Positions 17,746 to 26,926 of a stretch of 64,000 nucleotides of DNA are shown here, one piece after another. Position numbers and translations under genes: made by a program. The stretch comes from an uncultured Clostridia bacterium. GTDB taxonomy: Bacteria > Bacillota > Clostridia > Christensenellales > UBA1242. The notes under the pieces were generated by a model that searched no databases, was not told the DNA's origin, and worked only from the letters and a program-made list of their open reading frames with translations. The stretch's first letter is position 1. The number at the start of each line of letters is the position of its first letter. The DNA is taken from assembly GCA_944381215.1 (NCBI GenBank), contig CALWKF010000004.1, forward strand, positions 24,657 through 88,656, written 5' to 3'.

Positions 17746-19118
17746 GCGAGGTTGATTTGAGCGAAAACGAAAACATAAACGCGAACGATATTTCTACCGA
17801 TGCGCAAAATACCACGACCGCCAGCAACTCCGCAAATTTAGAGGGGACAACTGCCAATAATTCCGCTAATGACACAGCCTCTATTAATTCGCAGAGTACG
17901 GCAGTAGCCTCGGCGGGCAACTTGGATACTTTTGAGGAAAATAAGCAAAGCGCGGGCGAGAATAATATCGGCACCGGTTCAACAGCAAACGAAAGTGCCG
18001 AGGCCGTTACGAGTGGTACTCAAAAAAAGCACAAGTCGGTCGAGGAAAAATTGTACAGCGATGACAATATCGGCATTACGACCTACAAGTGCCCAAATTG
18101 TGGTGGCGACGCGGTTTTTGACCCCAAAGCGCAGAAAATGCACTGCTTGTATTGTGGCAGTTTTTTCGAAATCAAGAACGAGGAAAAGGTCGTCGAAAAG
18201 GACCTTTCGGAGTTACTTTCCACCGCAAAAGTATGGGACGAGGCGGAAGTGTACCAATGTTCGACTTGTGGCGCGAAGGAGATTTTAGACAAGCAAGAGG
18301 TCGCTTCCGTTTGCCCCTTTTGTGGCACGCGAAATATCGTAAAAATCGAGGAACTCCCAGGGCTCAAGCCCCAAGGAGTCGTGCCGTTCAAAGTCGACAA
18401 GGAAAAGGCGAGCAAGATTTCTACTAACTGGGCCCGCAGAAAGTACTACGCCCCGCGCGCGTTTAAAAAGAGTGCGCTCCCTGAAAATCTGCACGGCGTG
18501 TATAACCCCGTTTTTACTTTTGACCTCGAGACTCGCTCGACTTACAACGGAAAACTGGGCAAAAATTACACCACCACGCACATAATCAACGGACGTCCAG
18601 TTACACAGGTGCACACGCGCTACTTCAATGTGTCCGGCACGCAAGATGTCAACTTTGACGATTATATCGTGCAGGCGACCTCTAATATGAGCACCGCCGA
18701 CATAAAGGCAATTTCGCCTTTCCCCACAAACGGCGCGCCCGCGTATCGGCCCGAATATTTGCGCGGGTATAGTGCTAGTACCTATAATAAGGACGGTGCA
18801 AAGTGTTACGACGAGTGCAAAGACCTAATCAAGACCGATATTGAGCGTCAAATTCTGCGCAGGTACGACTATGATGTCAAGTCATATTTGGATGTAAAGA
18901 CCGCTATTTTAAAGCAAAAGTATAAGTACATCCTTGTCCCCGTGTATGTCGGGCACTACCGCTACAAGGGTAAACTCTATAACTTCTACATCAACGGCGA
19001 CACTGGTAAAATTGCCGGTAAAACCCCGATTTCCCCGTGGAAAGTGTTACTAACGGTTCTTGTCTGTTTGGCGATAGTGGCGGGCATAGTCGCGCTGTCC
19101 ATATTATTTGGTGATTAA
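17724..19118 (+). CDS. Zinc-ribbon protein with a C-terminal TM anchor (YdjG-like); start uncertain
   Basis: Two CxxC..CxxC ribbons (CPNCGG...CLYCGS and CSTCGA...CPFCGT) and a terminal TM helix. The ORF-track ATG overlaps the upstream gene; a TTG at about 17757 is an alternative start. Confidence 0.6.
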   Translation: MRNKTEISEVDLSENENINANDISTDAQNTTTASNSANLEGTTANNSANDTASINSQSTAVASAGNLDTFEENKQSAGENNIGTGSTANESAEAVTSGTQKKHKSVEEKLYSDDNIGITTYKCPNCGGDAVFDPKAQKMHCLYCGSFFEIKNEEKVVEKDLSELLSTAKVWDEAEVYQCSTCGAKEILDKQEVASVCPFCGTRNIVKIEELPGLKPQGVVPFKVDKEKASKISTNWARRKYYAPRAFKKSALPENLHGVYNPVFTFDLETRSTYNGKLGKNYTTTHIINGRPVTQVHTRYFNVSGTQDVNFDDYIVQATSNMSTADIKAISPFPTNGAPAYRPEYLRGYSASTYNKDGAKCYDECKDLIKTDIERQILRRYDYDVKSYLDVKTAILKQKYKYILVPVYVGHYRYKGKLYNFYINGDTGKIAGKTPISPWKVLLTVLVCLAIVAGIVALSILFGD

Positions 19119-19190
19119 AAGGCAAATTTCGCCGACATGCCCTCAAAATTTAGCAGGTAAGTTGCAAAAATCAACAGGATAGGTGCAAAA

Positions 19191-19859
19191 ATGCAGATTG
19201 AAAATGAGGTTTTTATACTTAATTTTAATGAGGGTGATGAGGCCTTTGCCGAGGAAATTTTAAATAGTCTAGAGCCAGAACAAAAGCGTATAATGGACTT
19301 TTTTGGAATTGAAAAACTATCTAAAAAAGTGGAAATAATATTTTATAACAATTTGCAAGATTTTATCGACTTGCGCACCGAAAATGGTAAGTACCCAGAG
19401 CGTTATAATGGCTGGAACGTGGCAACGGTGAAGAACGGGAACATTCATATTTTGAATTTCGACCTCTATCACAATGCACCCCAGCACGAGGACACCACGC
19501 TTGAGGACTACAAAAAAGTGCTGGTTCACGAGTTTGTCCACGCTTGCCACGAGGAAATTTTGCTAAATAAAAATATTATGCCCGCGCTTTTAATGGAAGG
19601 AATCGCTACACAACTAAGTAGGCAAACCAAGTACGACCTAAACCGCGAAATCGAGTGCGACCCCCAAGATTTAGCGAAAAATTTTTATAATATTAAATTA
19701 AGTTATGTCTATGCTTACGAAATTATGGGCTACCTAATGGCGACAAAGAGCCACGAGGACTTGCTGAAAATCTTGCGCGAGCCTCATAAAATCGACGTGG
19801 CTGAATTGGTGGAAAAAACGAACGATTTTATAGAAAATAAACAAAGTTTACAAAAATAA
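19191..19859 (+). CDS. Hypothetical protein with an HExxH metallopeptidase motif
   Basis: LVHEFVHACHEE contains HEFVH, and a downstream E (LMEGIAT) is a possible third ligand. Confidence 0.5.
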   Translation: MQIENEVFILNFNEGDEAFAEEILNSLEPEQKRIMDFFGIEKLSKKVEIIFYNNLQDFIDLRTENGKYPERYNGWNVATVKNGNIHILNFDLYHNAPQHEDTTLEDYKKVLVHEFVHACHEEILLNKNIMPALLMEGIATQLSRQTKYDLNREIECDPQDLAKNFYNIKLSYVYAYEIMGYLMATKSHEDLLKILREPHKIDVAELVEKTNDFIENKQSLQK

Positions 19860-19940
19860 AACTACTAAAACTAAATATTTTGACCGAAAGATAAAAAGTT
19901 AATTTTTAGAGTGCGTGGGATAATACCTACTGCGAGGCCA

Positions 19941-20122
19941 CATTTAAGACAAGACTTGAAATTGAAATTTTAATAAAAGCGTATGGCTTAGCAAACGATT
20001 AGTAAATTTATCGGGAGTGCGCCTACGCACCTCATTTAAGACAAGACTTGAAATTGAAATTTTAATAGAAGTGCATGGCTTAACAAACGATTAGTAAATT
20101 TATCGGGAGTGCGCCTACGCAC
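19941..20122. repeat. Tandem direct repeat, two 92-bp units
   Basis: Units 19941-20032 and 20033-20122 differ at 4 positions by hand count. Each ends in the hairpin GTGCG-CCTA-CGCAC. The second ends 3 nt before the RBS of the 20137 gene. Confidence 0.9.
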
Positions 20123-20136
20123 AAGGAGGAGAAATT

Positions 20137-20556
20137 ATGGTTTGGAGTGAAATTGCATTGATTTGCGTGGGTGCCGTGCTGGTAATCGTGGCGCTTGCGT
20201 GGATAATTACCGCCGTTCGCAGGCGCAACAAGGAAAAAGAGTACCAAGTCGATGGCGTAAAAATCATCGATGGAGTGCGCTACACCCGTTCAAACGATGT
20301 TGTGGATGAGCGCGGGAACGTAAAAATTAGCCTTAACAAAGGCGACCACATTTTGGAGCGCGGAAGGGAGTACTTGGTTTCAAAGTCTGGCGACTTGTTA
20401 CCTGGAAAGTACACTATTCTTTCCGCTGACGAAAACACTAAGAATATAAACATCCGTATCGGCGGGCTGGTGCGCGAGTACGAGCATTTTTCTTCGGTCG
20501 TTTTGAGCGAAGGCGACCACATCTCGCCCGTGTCCAACAGCATTGTCCTACGTTAA
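20137..20556 (+). CDS. Hypothetical membrane-anchored protein
   Basis: RBS AAGGAGGAG precedes the ATG. There is an N-terminal TM helix and a soluble domain of unknown family. Confidence 0.65.
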   Translation: MVWSEIALICVGAVLVIVALAWIITAVRRRNKEKEYQVDGVKIIDGVRYTRSNDVVDERGNVKISLNKGDHILERGREYLVSKSGDLLPGKYTILSADENTKNINIRIGGLVREYEHFSSVVLSEGDHISPVSNSIVLR

Positions 20557-20626
20557 ACATAAAAGTTTGCATATTTACTTGAAAAAGTTTTGATTTTATA
20601 TTATAATACTAAAAAGGAGTAAATCT

Positions 20627-21067
20627 ATGGGTAGAAATTTAGTTTACAAACTTTTGGGCGCACTCGTTGTGCTGGTGGCCGCTGTTTTGTGGCTGTTGTC
20701 GGTGCTGGTGCCCGAAACTTTTAGTTGGTTCAGCCTCGCTTGGGCTGGCGTAATGATTTGCGGAGGACTGGGCTTGATAATCTTGCTACAAGGGTGCTTC
20801 CAGCAAAATGTTACCACTATTAAAAAGTTGAAAATTTGGTTTGGTGTTGCGCTAATCGTGTGCGCTTTCGGGTGTTTGATTTCGGCTATCACCATTCCAG
20901 AAAGCATTATTTGGCCAATTATCGCGATTATCGTGGCACTTGGCCTCGTGATTACCATTTTTGCCGTTCGCGGTGAACGTTGGGACGAGGGCGACAACCA
21001 CAAGGCAGGCTACAAAAATTACCACGAGCGCAAGGCCGAGGAAGAAAAGCAAAACGAAAACAAATAA
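20627..21067 (+). CDS. Hypothetical membrane protein (4 TM)
   Basis: RBS AAAGGAG precedes the ATG. Four hydrophobic helices are followed by a charged C-terminal tail. Confidence 0.65.
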   Translation: MGRNLVYKLLGALVVLVAAVLWLLSVLVPETFSWFSLAWAGVMICGGLGLIILLQGCFQQNVTTIKKLKIWFGVALIVCAFGCLISAITIPESIIWPIIAIIVALGLVITIFAVRGERWDEGDNHKAGYKNYHERKAEEEKQNENK

Positions 21068-21120
21068 TTTAAAGGCACTTTGGTGTCTTTTTTGTTTGTT
21101 TAAAACAATTGTAAAACTTT

Positions 21121-21310
21121 GGGCTGGCGAGGTGTGTGAGTGCACACACGATAATTAATGTATAGCCGTAATTTTTAAAGGCCATAGGGCTGGCGCGAGA
21201 GCATTTGTTTCTAATTGTGGTAATCATTCGTGCGCCAGACTTCCCGCAAGCGGGAAGGCATCCTGAGCCCGCCCCGCGAAGCCTTTAGACGAAGGATCTC
21301 ATTCCTGCCT
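21121..21310. repeat. Mosaic intergenic repeat locus R3
   Basis: GTGTGTGAGTGCACACACGATAATTAA at 21132-21158 (compare 58801-58830). Composite copy (reverse orientation) at 21188-21310. Confidence 0.9.
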
Positions 21311-21322
21311 CTCAAAACAAAA

Positions 21323-21349
21323 AACACTAGTCTTGATTAGACTAGTGTT
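21323..21349. terminator. Conserved hairpin AACACTAGTCT-TGATT-AGACTAGTGTT (terminator-like)
   Basis: An 11-bp stem between convergent genes. Near-identical hairpins occur at 30547-30574 and 43509-43537. Confidence 0.6.
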
Positions 21350-21494
21350 TATAATATACTAGAAAAAAGTTTTTTATTAGTGGCTTTTTGGGGTGCTGTG
21401 CAACAATCAGTATGTCTGCCTTTAATAAAAATTAGAATTTTTAATTAATTTTTATGATTTTTTCATATTTATTTGCAATTTTTCTATATTTATT

Positions 21495-22559
21495 TTAGTC
21501 TTTTTGCTTTTCGTTGTATTTGCAAATGCCGAAGTTATCGGTGGTTACGTAGCCACTGGGTGCAGCGATTACGTCGGGAATGCGGTTTACAATAGTAGCG
21601 CAAGTCAATTCAACAGTGTTCGGGCGACTTACAACTACCGTGGTATTAGGCTCGCCGAAAATAGTCCACTCGTTCTTGTCGAAGTCCTCGGGCCCGTAAA
21701 CTTTTCCGATACACTCGGCCTCAATTTCGATGCCTTCGGCGGTTTGGGTGGTAACGACTGCGCTCATACCTGTTGCGTTTCCGCTAGGAATGGTCATGTT
21801 GAGGGTGCTACTGTTTAGGTCGCCCTCGTGGGTCATCGGCACGCACTTTTGAGTCTGTGAAACGACAGTCAAGCCCAATTTGCTAGCCAACCAGCCGTTC
21901 ACATTCCACATGTAACTGGGCGCATACTTTCCACTTTCGATAATCTTTTGACGCTCTTCGGCAGAAATTTTGTCGGCAGAAGCGACTTGCTCGTCAAATT
22001 CTTTAAGATTTAGCCCAGCACCGTGCGCCCTTGCCAGCGCGATGCCGTAGTCCTCAACGTTGTAACTACTGCTACCTTTAATTTTTGTGATTTTGTGGGT
22101 AACGCCCGCGATAGTTGTAATCAAGTTGCCCCAGAAAACGTCCTGGTAACCAGCGCCAGTGATTGTACAGCCGTTCTTTTTAGCGGCCTCGTCGATTTGT
22201 TTAAATAGATTTGGGTTACTGTTTTGAGGGAAGAAGGCCTCTTCACAGGTGGTGATTGCGTTCACACCCGCATTAGCGCACGCCAGCAGAGGCTCTGCAC
22301 AGTCCGCGAGCAAACTCATTGTGGTAACGATTGCTACATCAGGAGCGATTGCTTTGAGTCTTGCCACCATGTCCTGATTTGCCGACTCAATTGCGACACC
22401 GAGTTTGCCGACCCCAGCGAACTCGCCAGCATCGGTACCAAACTTGCTCTCGTCAATGTCGAAAGCCCCGACACATTCCATACCACGCTCAATGCAGTAC
22501 CTGATTGTGTATTTTGCCATTTTTCCGCAACCATATTGCACGAATTTAATTTTTGCCAT
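21495..22559 (-). CDS. NAD(P)-dependent amine dehydrogenase / DapB-N-like oxidoreductase (2,4-diaminopentanoate dehydrogenase-like)
   Basis: The N-terminus MAKIKFVQYGCGKMAKYTIRYCIERGMECVGAFDID has a Rossmann pattern like that family. Length is 354 aa and a good RBS is present. Confidence 0.5.
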   Translation of the reverse strand: MAKIKFVQYGCGKMAKYTIRYCIERGMECVGAFDIDESKFGTDAGEFAGVGKLGVAIESANQDMVARLKAIAPDVAIVTTMSLLADCAEPLLACANAGVNAITTCEEAFFPQNSNPNLFKQIDEAAKKNGCTITGAGYQDVFWGNLITTIAGVTHKITKIKGSSSYNVEDYGIALARAHGAGLNLKEFDEQVASADKISAEERQKIIESGKYAPSYMWNVNGWLASKLGLTVVSQTQKCVPMTHEGDLNSSTLNMTIPSGNATGMSAVVTTQTAEGIEIEAECIGKVYGPEDFDKNEWTIFGEPNTTVVVSRPNTVELTCATIVNRIPDVIAAPSGYVTTDNFGICKYNEKQKD

Positions 22560-22778
22560 AAATTATCTCCTTGTTTTTTGATTTGCACGAATGCCAAAAC
22601 GCATATGCTAATAAATATTATATACCAAATTAGAATTTTTAACAAACGATTTGCACAAATGCGCGAAATAATGTATAATATTAATGCGTGCAAAATCGCC
22701 AAAACTCACTAAAACAGTCTTAAAATTTCGATTTTTTGCAACAAAATTTGTGGTAAAATAGTGGGAAAGGAGTGGACT

Positions 22779-23153
22779 ATGAACTTTCTCGACTATCTTT
22801 CCGCCAGCCTCGGCTTTGTGCCCGTAAAGGAAAAAGCGCGCAAGGTAACCAGGCCCCAAAAGCGGACACCTGCGACCTTGGAGAGTGCGAACAGCCGTAA
22901 AATTTCCATTTTTGCGCCCGTCAATTTCGATGATATCGTGCGGTTTGTGCGGGATTTAAGCGGAAACGTTCCGCTGATTGTGAATTTTTGCGACCTCGAG
23001 CCCAACATCGCCGAGCGTAGCCTTGACTTCGTTTGCGGTGCTGTCTGTGCCTTGGGCGGAAAATTGCAGAGAATCGGCGAGGGAATCTACTTTTTTGCAC
23101 CAAAAAACATAAAAATTGAAACAAATTCACAAAGGAAGGACAAATGCAGATAA
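22779..23153 (+). CDS. sepF: Cell division protein SepF
   Basis: ATG follows AAAGGAG. The conserved SepF core is present (ISIFAPVNFDDIVRFVRDLSGNVPLIVNFCDLEPNIAERSLDFVCGAVCALGG...IYFFAPKN). Confidence 0.8.
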   Translation: MNFLDYLSASLGFVPVKEKARKVTRPQKRTPATLESANSRKISIFAPVNFDDIVRFVRDLSGNVPLIVNFCDLEPNIAERSLDFVCGAVCALGGKLQRIGEGIYFFAPKNIKIETNSQRKDKCR

Positions 23154-23989
23154 AATGGTGGTATTTTTTGTCTATAGGCGTGCTGATTGTGGACCTAGTC
23201 AGCAAGGCACTCCTCGACGGCGAAACAATCGAAGTAATAAACGGTTTTTTCGGCTTCGTGTCCGTGCATAATACGGGCGCGAGTTTCGGCGTTTTCGCGG
23301 GCGCGCAAACCTTTTTTATAATTATTAGCATACTTTTCGCACTTGGAATGATGGCGTTCGATATTTTTTATAAAAAGGGCTTCGGCGCAAACGGCTGGTA
23401 CCGCGTGGGCTTTACGCTAATTCTTGGCGGGCTACTAGGTAACCTCATTGACCGAATTGCATTTGGCTATGTGCGCGACTTTGTACATCTTGAGTTCATA
23501 GACTTTCCCGTGTTTAATGTCGCCGACATCGCACTCACAATCGGCTGTATATGTATTATTGTCTTCTTAATCTTCTTTTTTAAAACCGACATCGATAAAA
23601 AAGTCGTGATAAAAAGTAGCACGGCAACCCCCGAAATTACTAATATATCTCAAATAAACGATCCCACGTCCTCAAATTCCCAAAACCACGAAAAGGATAC
23701 GAGTATCAAGGAATTAGAAGACATAAATTCACAAGATATAAAAAATACTAATTCACAAAATGCAAAAGCCACTGACAACATAAACGCAGAAAACAAAGCA
23801 AGCATTGAAAAGTTAAATGCGGGAAACAAGGCAGACACCGAAAATGACCCTACTTTACCAAACAGCAAAAAGTCTAAAAATAAAGCAAATGACCAAAATC
23901 AAAATACCAAAAATGAAATAAAGACAAAAAACGACGAAAATTCACAAAAAACCACAAAAAATCGTAAAAAAACGAAAATTAAAGGATAA
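23144..23989 (+). CDS. lspA: Lipoprotein signal peptidase II with a ~130-aa low-complexity N/K/S-rich C-terminal extension
   Basis: LspA core motifs are present (NTGASFG, FGYVRDF, FNVADI). The tail from about residue 150 is encoded by A-rich sequence. The gene abuts rluD. Confidence 0.85.
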   Translation: MQIKWWYFLSIGVLIVDLVSKALLDGETIEVINGFFGFVSVHNTGASFGVFAGAQTFFIIISILFALGMMAFDIFYKKGFGANGWYRVGFTLILGGLLGNLIDRIAFGYVRDFVHLEFIDFPVFNVADIALTIGCICIIVFLIFFFKTDIDKKVVIKSSTATPEITNISQINDPTSSNSQNHEKDTSIKELEDINSQDIKNTNSQNAKATDNINAENKASIEKLNAGNKADTENDPTLPNSKKSKNKANDQNQNTKNEIKTKNDENSQKTTKNRKKTKIKG

Positions 23990-23992
23990 AAA

Positions 23993-24916
23993 ATGCAAAA
24001 AATAGAAATCACTCCCGAAAATGTGGGGGTCAGGCTCGATATGTTCTTGACCGAAATCGAGCCCGAACTCTCGCGTAGCAACATTAAAAACTTGATTACA
24101 AAGGGCATAGTTTTGGTGGGTAACGAGCAGAAAAAAGCGGGATACTCGCTAAAATTGGGGGATATAGTGACATATTCTATCCCCGAACCTGTAAAAGTCA
24201 ACGTATGTCCGCAATGCATCCCTATTGACATCGTTTACGAAGATAAGGACCTAGCCGTTATCAACAAGCCCCAGGGTCTCGCCGTGCACCCAAGTGCTGG
24301 GCACGAGGACCACACTTTGGTAAACGCACTACTTTTTCACTTCAAGGACCTCTCGGGAATAAATGGCGAGTTGCGCCCAGGAATTGTGCACCGCCTTGAC
24401 AAGGACACCTCGGGGTTGATGCTGGTCGCAAAAAACGACTTTGCGCATCGAGGCTTAGCTGAACAAATTGCAAACAAGACTTGTGTCCGCAGATACTATG
24501 CACTCCTCGAGGGAAGGCTAAAAGAGGGCGGACATATTGAAACCTATATCGCCCGCGACCCGCATCACCGCAAAAAAATGGCCGTGTCTCACGACCCAAA
24601 CGACCGCCTCGCAATCACTGATTATAAAATTATTCGCCTTTTTGAAAAGTACACTTTTGCGGAATTTCAATTAAAAACGGGGCGCACTCACCAAATTCGT
24701 GTGCACGCGCAGTATTTAGGCCACCCAGTTGTTGGCGACGTCGCGTACGGGTATAAAAAGCAAGAGTTCAAACTCAACGGCCAACTGCTTCACTCGCACT
24801 ATATCGAATTTACGCATCCAAGGACTCAAGAGCGACTAAATTTTGAGGCCCCACTGCCTGAATATTTTCAGCACGTTCTCGACATCCTAGAAGCGCGCGA
24901 AAAGGGCAAAATTTAA
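23993..24916 (+). CDS. rluD: RluA/RluD-family 23S rRNA pseudouridine synthase
   Basis: S4-like N-terminus, catalytic HRLDKDTSGL, and the GRTHQIRVH motif. Confidence 0.9.
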   Translation: MQKIEITPENVGVRLDMFLTEIEPELSRSNIKNLITKGIVLVGNEQKKAGYSLKLGDIVTYSIPEPVKVNVCPQCIPIDIVYEDKDLAVINKPQGLAVHPSAGHEDHTLVNALLFHFKDLSGINGELRPGIVHRLDKDTSGLMLVAKNDFAHRGLAEQIANKTCVRRYYALLEGRLKEGGHIETYIARDPHHRKKMAVSHDPNDRLAITDYKIIRLFEKYTFAEFQLKTGRTHQIRVHAQYLGHPVVGDVAYGYKKQEFKLNGQLLHSHYIEFTHPRTQERLNFEAPLPEYFQHVLDILEAREKGKI

Positions 24917-25138
24917 TAAAAATTGCAATTTTTTTGCATTTTTTAACGATTTTCAGTATTTTTTGCGATTTTTTGATTGCATAGTACTTGCATAATACCT
25001 TAAATTTGATTGCATAGTACTAATTTACAAAAGAAAAGAATTTGTAGAAAAGTTAAAATATTGCACACATACTTGACTTTTTTTACAAATTAATCGTATA
25101 ATAAATATTATAAATAAGCTTTATCATAAAAGGAGTGT

Positions 25139-25450
25139 ATGGTGGCAAATCTTGAATTTAAGCGCGCGCTAAACTTTATGGGTTTTGTGGCGACTATTTG
25201 TATCGCGGTCGCTCTCATAATTTCGCTAATCGCTTCGGCAATCAGCGGTGACGGCGGTAGTATACCAAACTTTCAAATCTCTGACCTTGCGACTGCTTTT
25301 GCATTTATCGCTAACATTTTAGCATATTTTATTACCATAGTTTCGGGTTTTTACTATGCAAAATCGAAGCGCAATGCGTGGTTCATGGTCATTCAAATTA
25401 TTGGCACATTGGTAATCATCGCCGCAGTTATTGTTGGCGCGATTTTGTAG
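25139..25450 (+). CDS. Small hypothetical membrane protein (3 TM)
   Basis: RBS AAAGGAG precedes the ATG and the product is hydrophobic. Confidence 0.55.
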   Translation: MVANLEFKRALNFMGFVATICIAVALIISLIASAISGDGGSIPNFQISDLATAFAFIANILAYFITIVSGFYYAKSKRNAWFMVIQIIGTLVIIAAVIVGAIL

Positions 25451-25457
25451 GAGTACA

Positions 25458-25838
25458 ATGAGGATATCAGTTTACACTATTGTGATTTTGGCGAGCGTCG
25501 TTCTCGCTATTGTCTTTGCATGCCTGATAGCGGTCTGGGCTGGTTTTGGCATATTTTTTGGCGTCGCATTGCTGGTGGCTTCGGCAACTTTTACACTATT
25601 ACGGTACCAGCATCACCGCGCGTTAAAAGAGGAATTTTTAAATCAACGCTATTGCGACGCGTATCTTTACGCCGATGAAAATAATACAAATCTCGATGTC
25701 GAGCATTTTCGCTACCCGAGGTCCACCGAGCGCGCTATCAAATCGCGCATAAATAACAGTTTAGTGCTCGTGCTCGCTGGGGTGGGGATGATGATATTAA
25801 GTGTGGTCATCATCGTGCTATGTGCTACGAGTCTATAA
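25458..25838 (+). CDS. Small hypothetical membrane protein
   Basis: ATG follows AGGAG. Two N-terminal TM helices and one C-terminal TM helix. Confidence 0.55.
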   Translation: MRISVYTIVILASVVLAIVFACLIAVWAGFGIFFGVALLVASATFTLLRYQHHRALKEEFLNQRYCDAYLYADENNTNLDVEHFRYPRSTERAIKSRINNSLVLVLAGVGMMILSVVIIVLCATSL

Positions 25839-26005
25839 AGGGCTAATTTGGCCTTTTTTTCATAAAAACGAAAAATTTGCATAAAAAACAGCGATTTTTA
25901 TAAAATTTTCGCATTTTTTATGTCCCAGAGTATTGCATATTGCAAATATTTATGGTAGACTTTTTAAAATTTAAAGGACATAAAAAAGAAAAAAGGGAGT
26001 AAAAG

Positions 26006-26707
26006 ATGTTCTGGTTAGACATAATTTTAATCGTGCTAGTCCTCGCGATTGCTGTCGTAGGAATGTTTCGTGGCTTTTTGCGTAGCCTACTGCGATTTTG
26101 TGGCACCCTAGTAACGCTCGCGTTGTCAATTTGGCTCGCTAAACCTTTTAGCAATCTGCTTGAAAGCTGGTTTGGTATGAGCACGGCACTAGGGAACGCA
26201 CTTGTCGACCCGATTACGCCATACTGCGTAGATGGTGGCACGGGTGCTATTCCAAATTTTTTCCTAAACAAATTTGCTGAAATTTTTATGGGCGCAAATT
26301 ATTGGCAAAACACCGCATATCCAGGAGGTTCTGCCGACCCCGCTTTTATCGCAGATTTTGCTCACGAATTGGGCGTTGTGCTAGCTGTTGTCATTTCAGT
26401 GGTTATTCTATTTATATTATTTAGAATAATAGTCGCGATTTTAGATAAAATTTTCGATAAAATCACTCAAAACAATGTAGTTGGCGGAATCGACAGGCTG
26501 TTTGGCTTTGTGTTGGGCCTGGCAAAAGGCGCACTACTCGTGTCGGTCGTGTTCGTGATTGCATATCTTCTTAGCCCCGTCATTCCGTCGTTCGGCGATT
26601 GGCTCAATAGTTTGCTTGCTGATAACCCAGTATCAAATACGGTGTTTGGTTGGCTGTCGACATTTACCGATAATGTTCTAATTCCGTGGTTCAATAACCT
26701 AACTTAA
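26006..26707 (+). CDS. cvpA: CvpA-family membrane protein
   Basis: The N-terminus MFWLDIILIVLVLAIAVVGMFRGFLRSLL is typical of CvpA, and the product is polytopic. Confidence 0.7.
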   Translation: MFWLDIILIVLVLAIAVVGMFRGFLRSLLRFCGTLVTLALSIWLAKPFSNLLESWFGMSTALGNALVDPITPYCVDGGTGAIPNFFLNKFAEIFMGANYWQNTAYPGGSADPAFIADFAHELGVVLAVVISVVILFILFRIIVAILDKIFDKITQNNVVGGIDRLFGFVLGLAKGALLVSVVFVIAYLLSPVIPSFGDWLNSLLADNPVSNTVFGWLSTFTDNVLIPWFNNLT

Positions 26708-26711
26708 TTAA

Positions 26712-26738
26712 AAGCCTCTAACAAACAAGAGGCTTTTT
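26712..26738 (+). terminator. Rho-independent terminator after cvpA
   Basis: Stem AAGCCTCT/AGAGGCTT plus a T-run. Confidence 0.75.
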
Positions 26739-26926
26739 CTACTAAAATAAAAAATAAATATTGAATAAATAATTTAATCAAATTAATTTATAATAAAAGT
26801 ATAATAAATAATTAAAAATTGCAAAAAATATATTAAAAATAATAAAAAAATCGCAAAAAACACAAAAAATAAATAAAAAATAATAAAAATTGTGTAAAGT
26901 CTAGGCATTTGGTAATAATTATAAGT

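Noticed and set aside
19941-20122. Possible CRISPR array (also considered for the A-tract arrays)
   Set aside because: There are only two directly abutting 92-bp units with no spacers. The A-tract units are about 10 bp. No cas genes are in the window.
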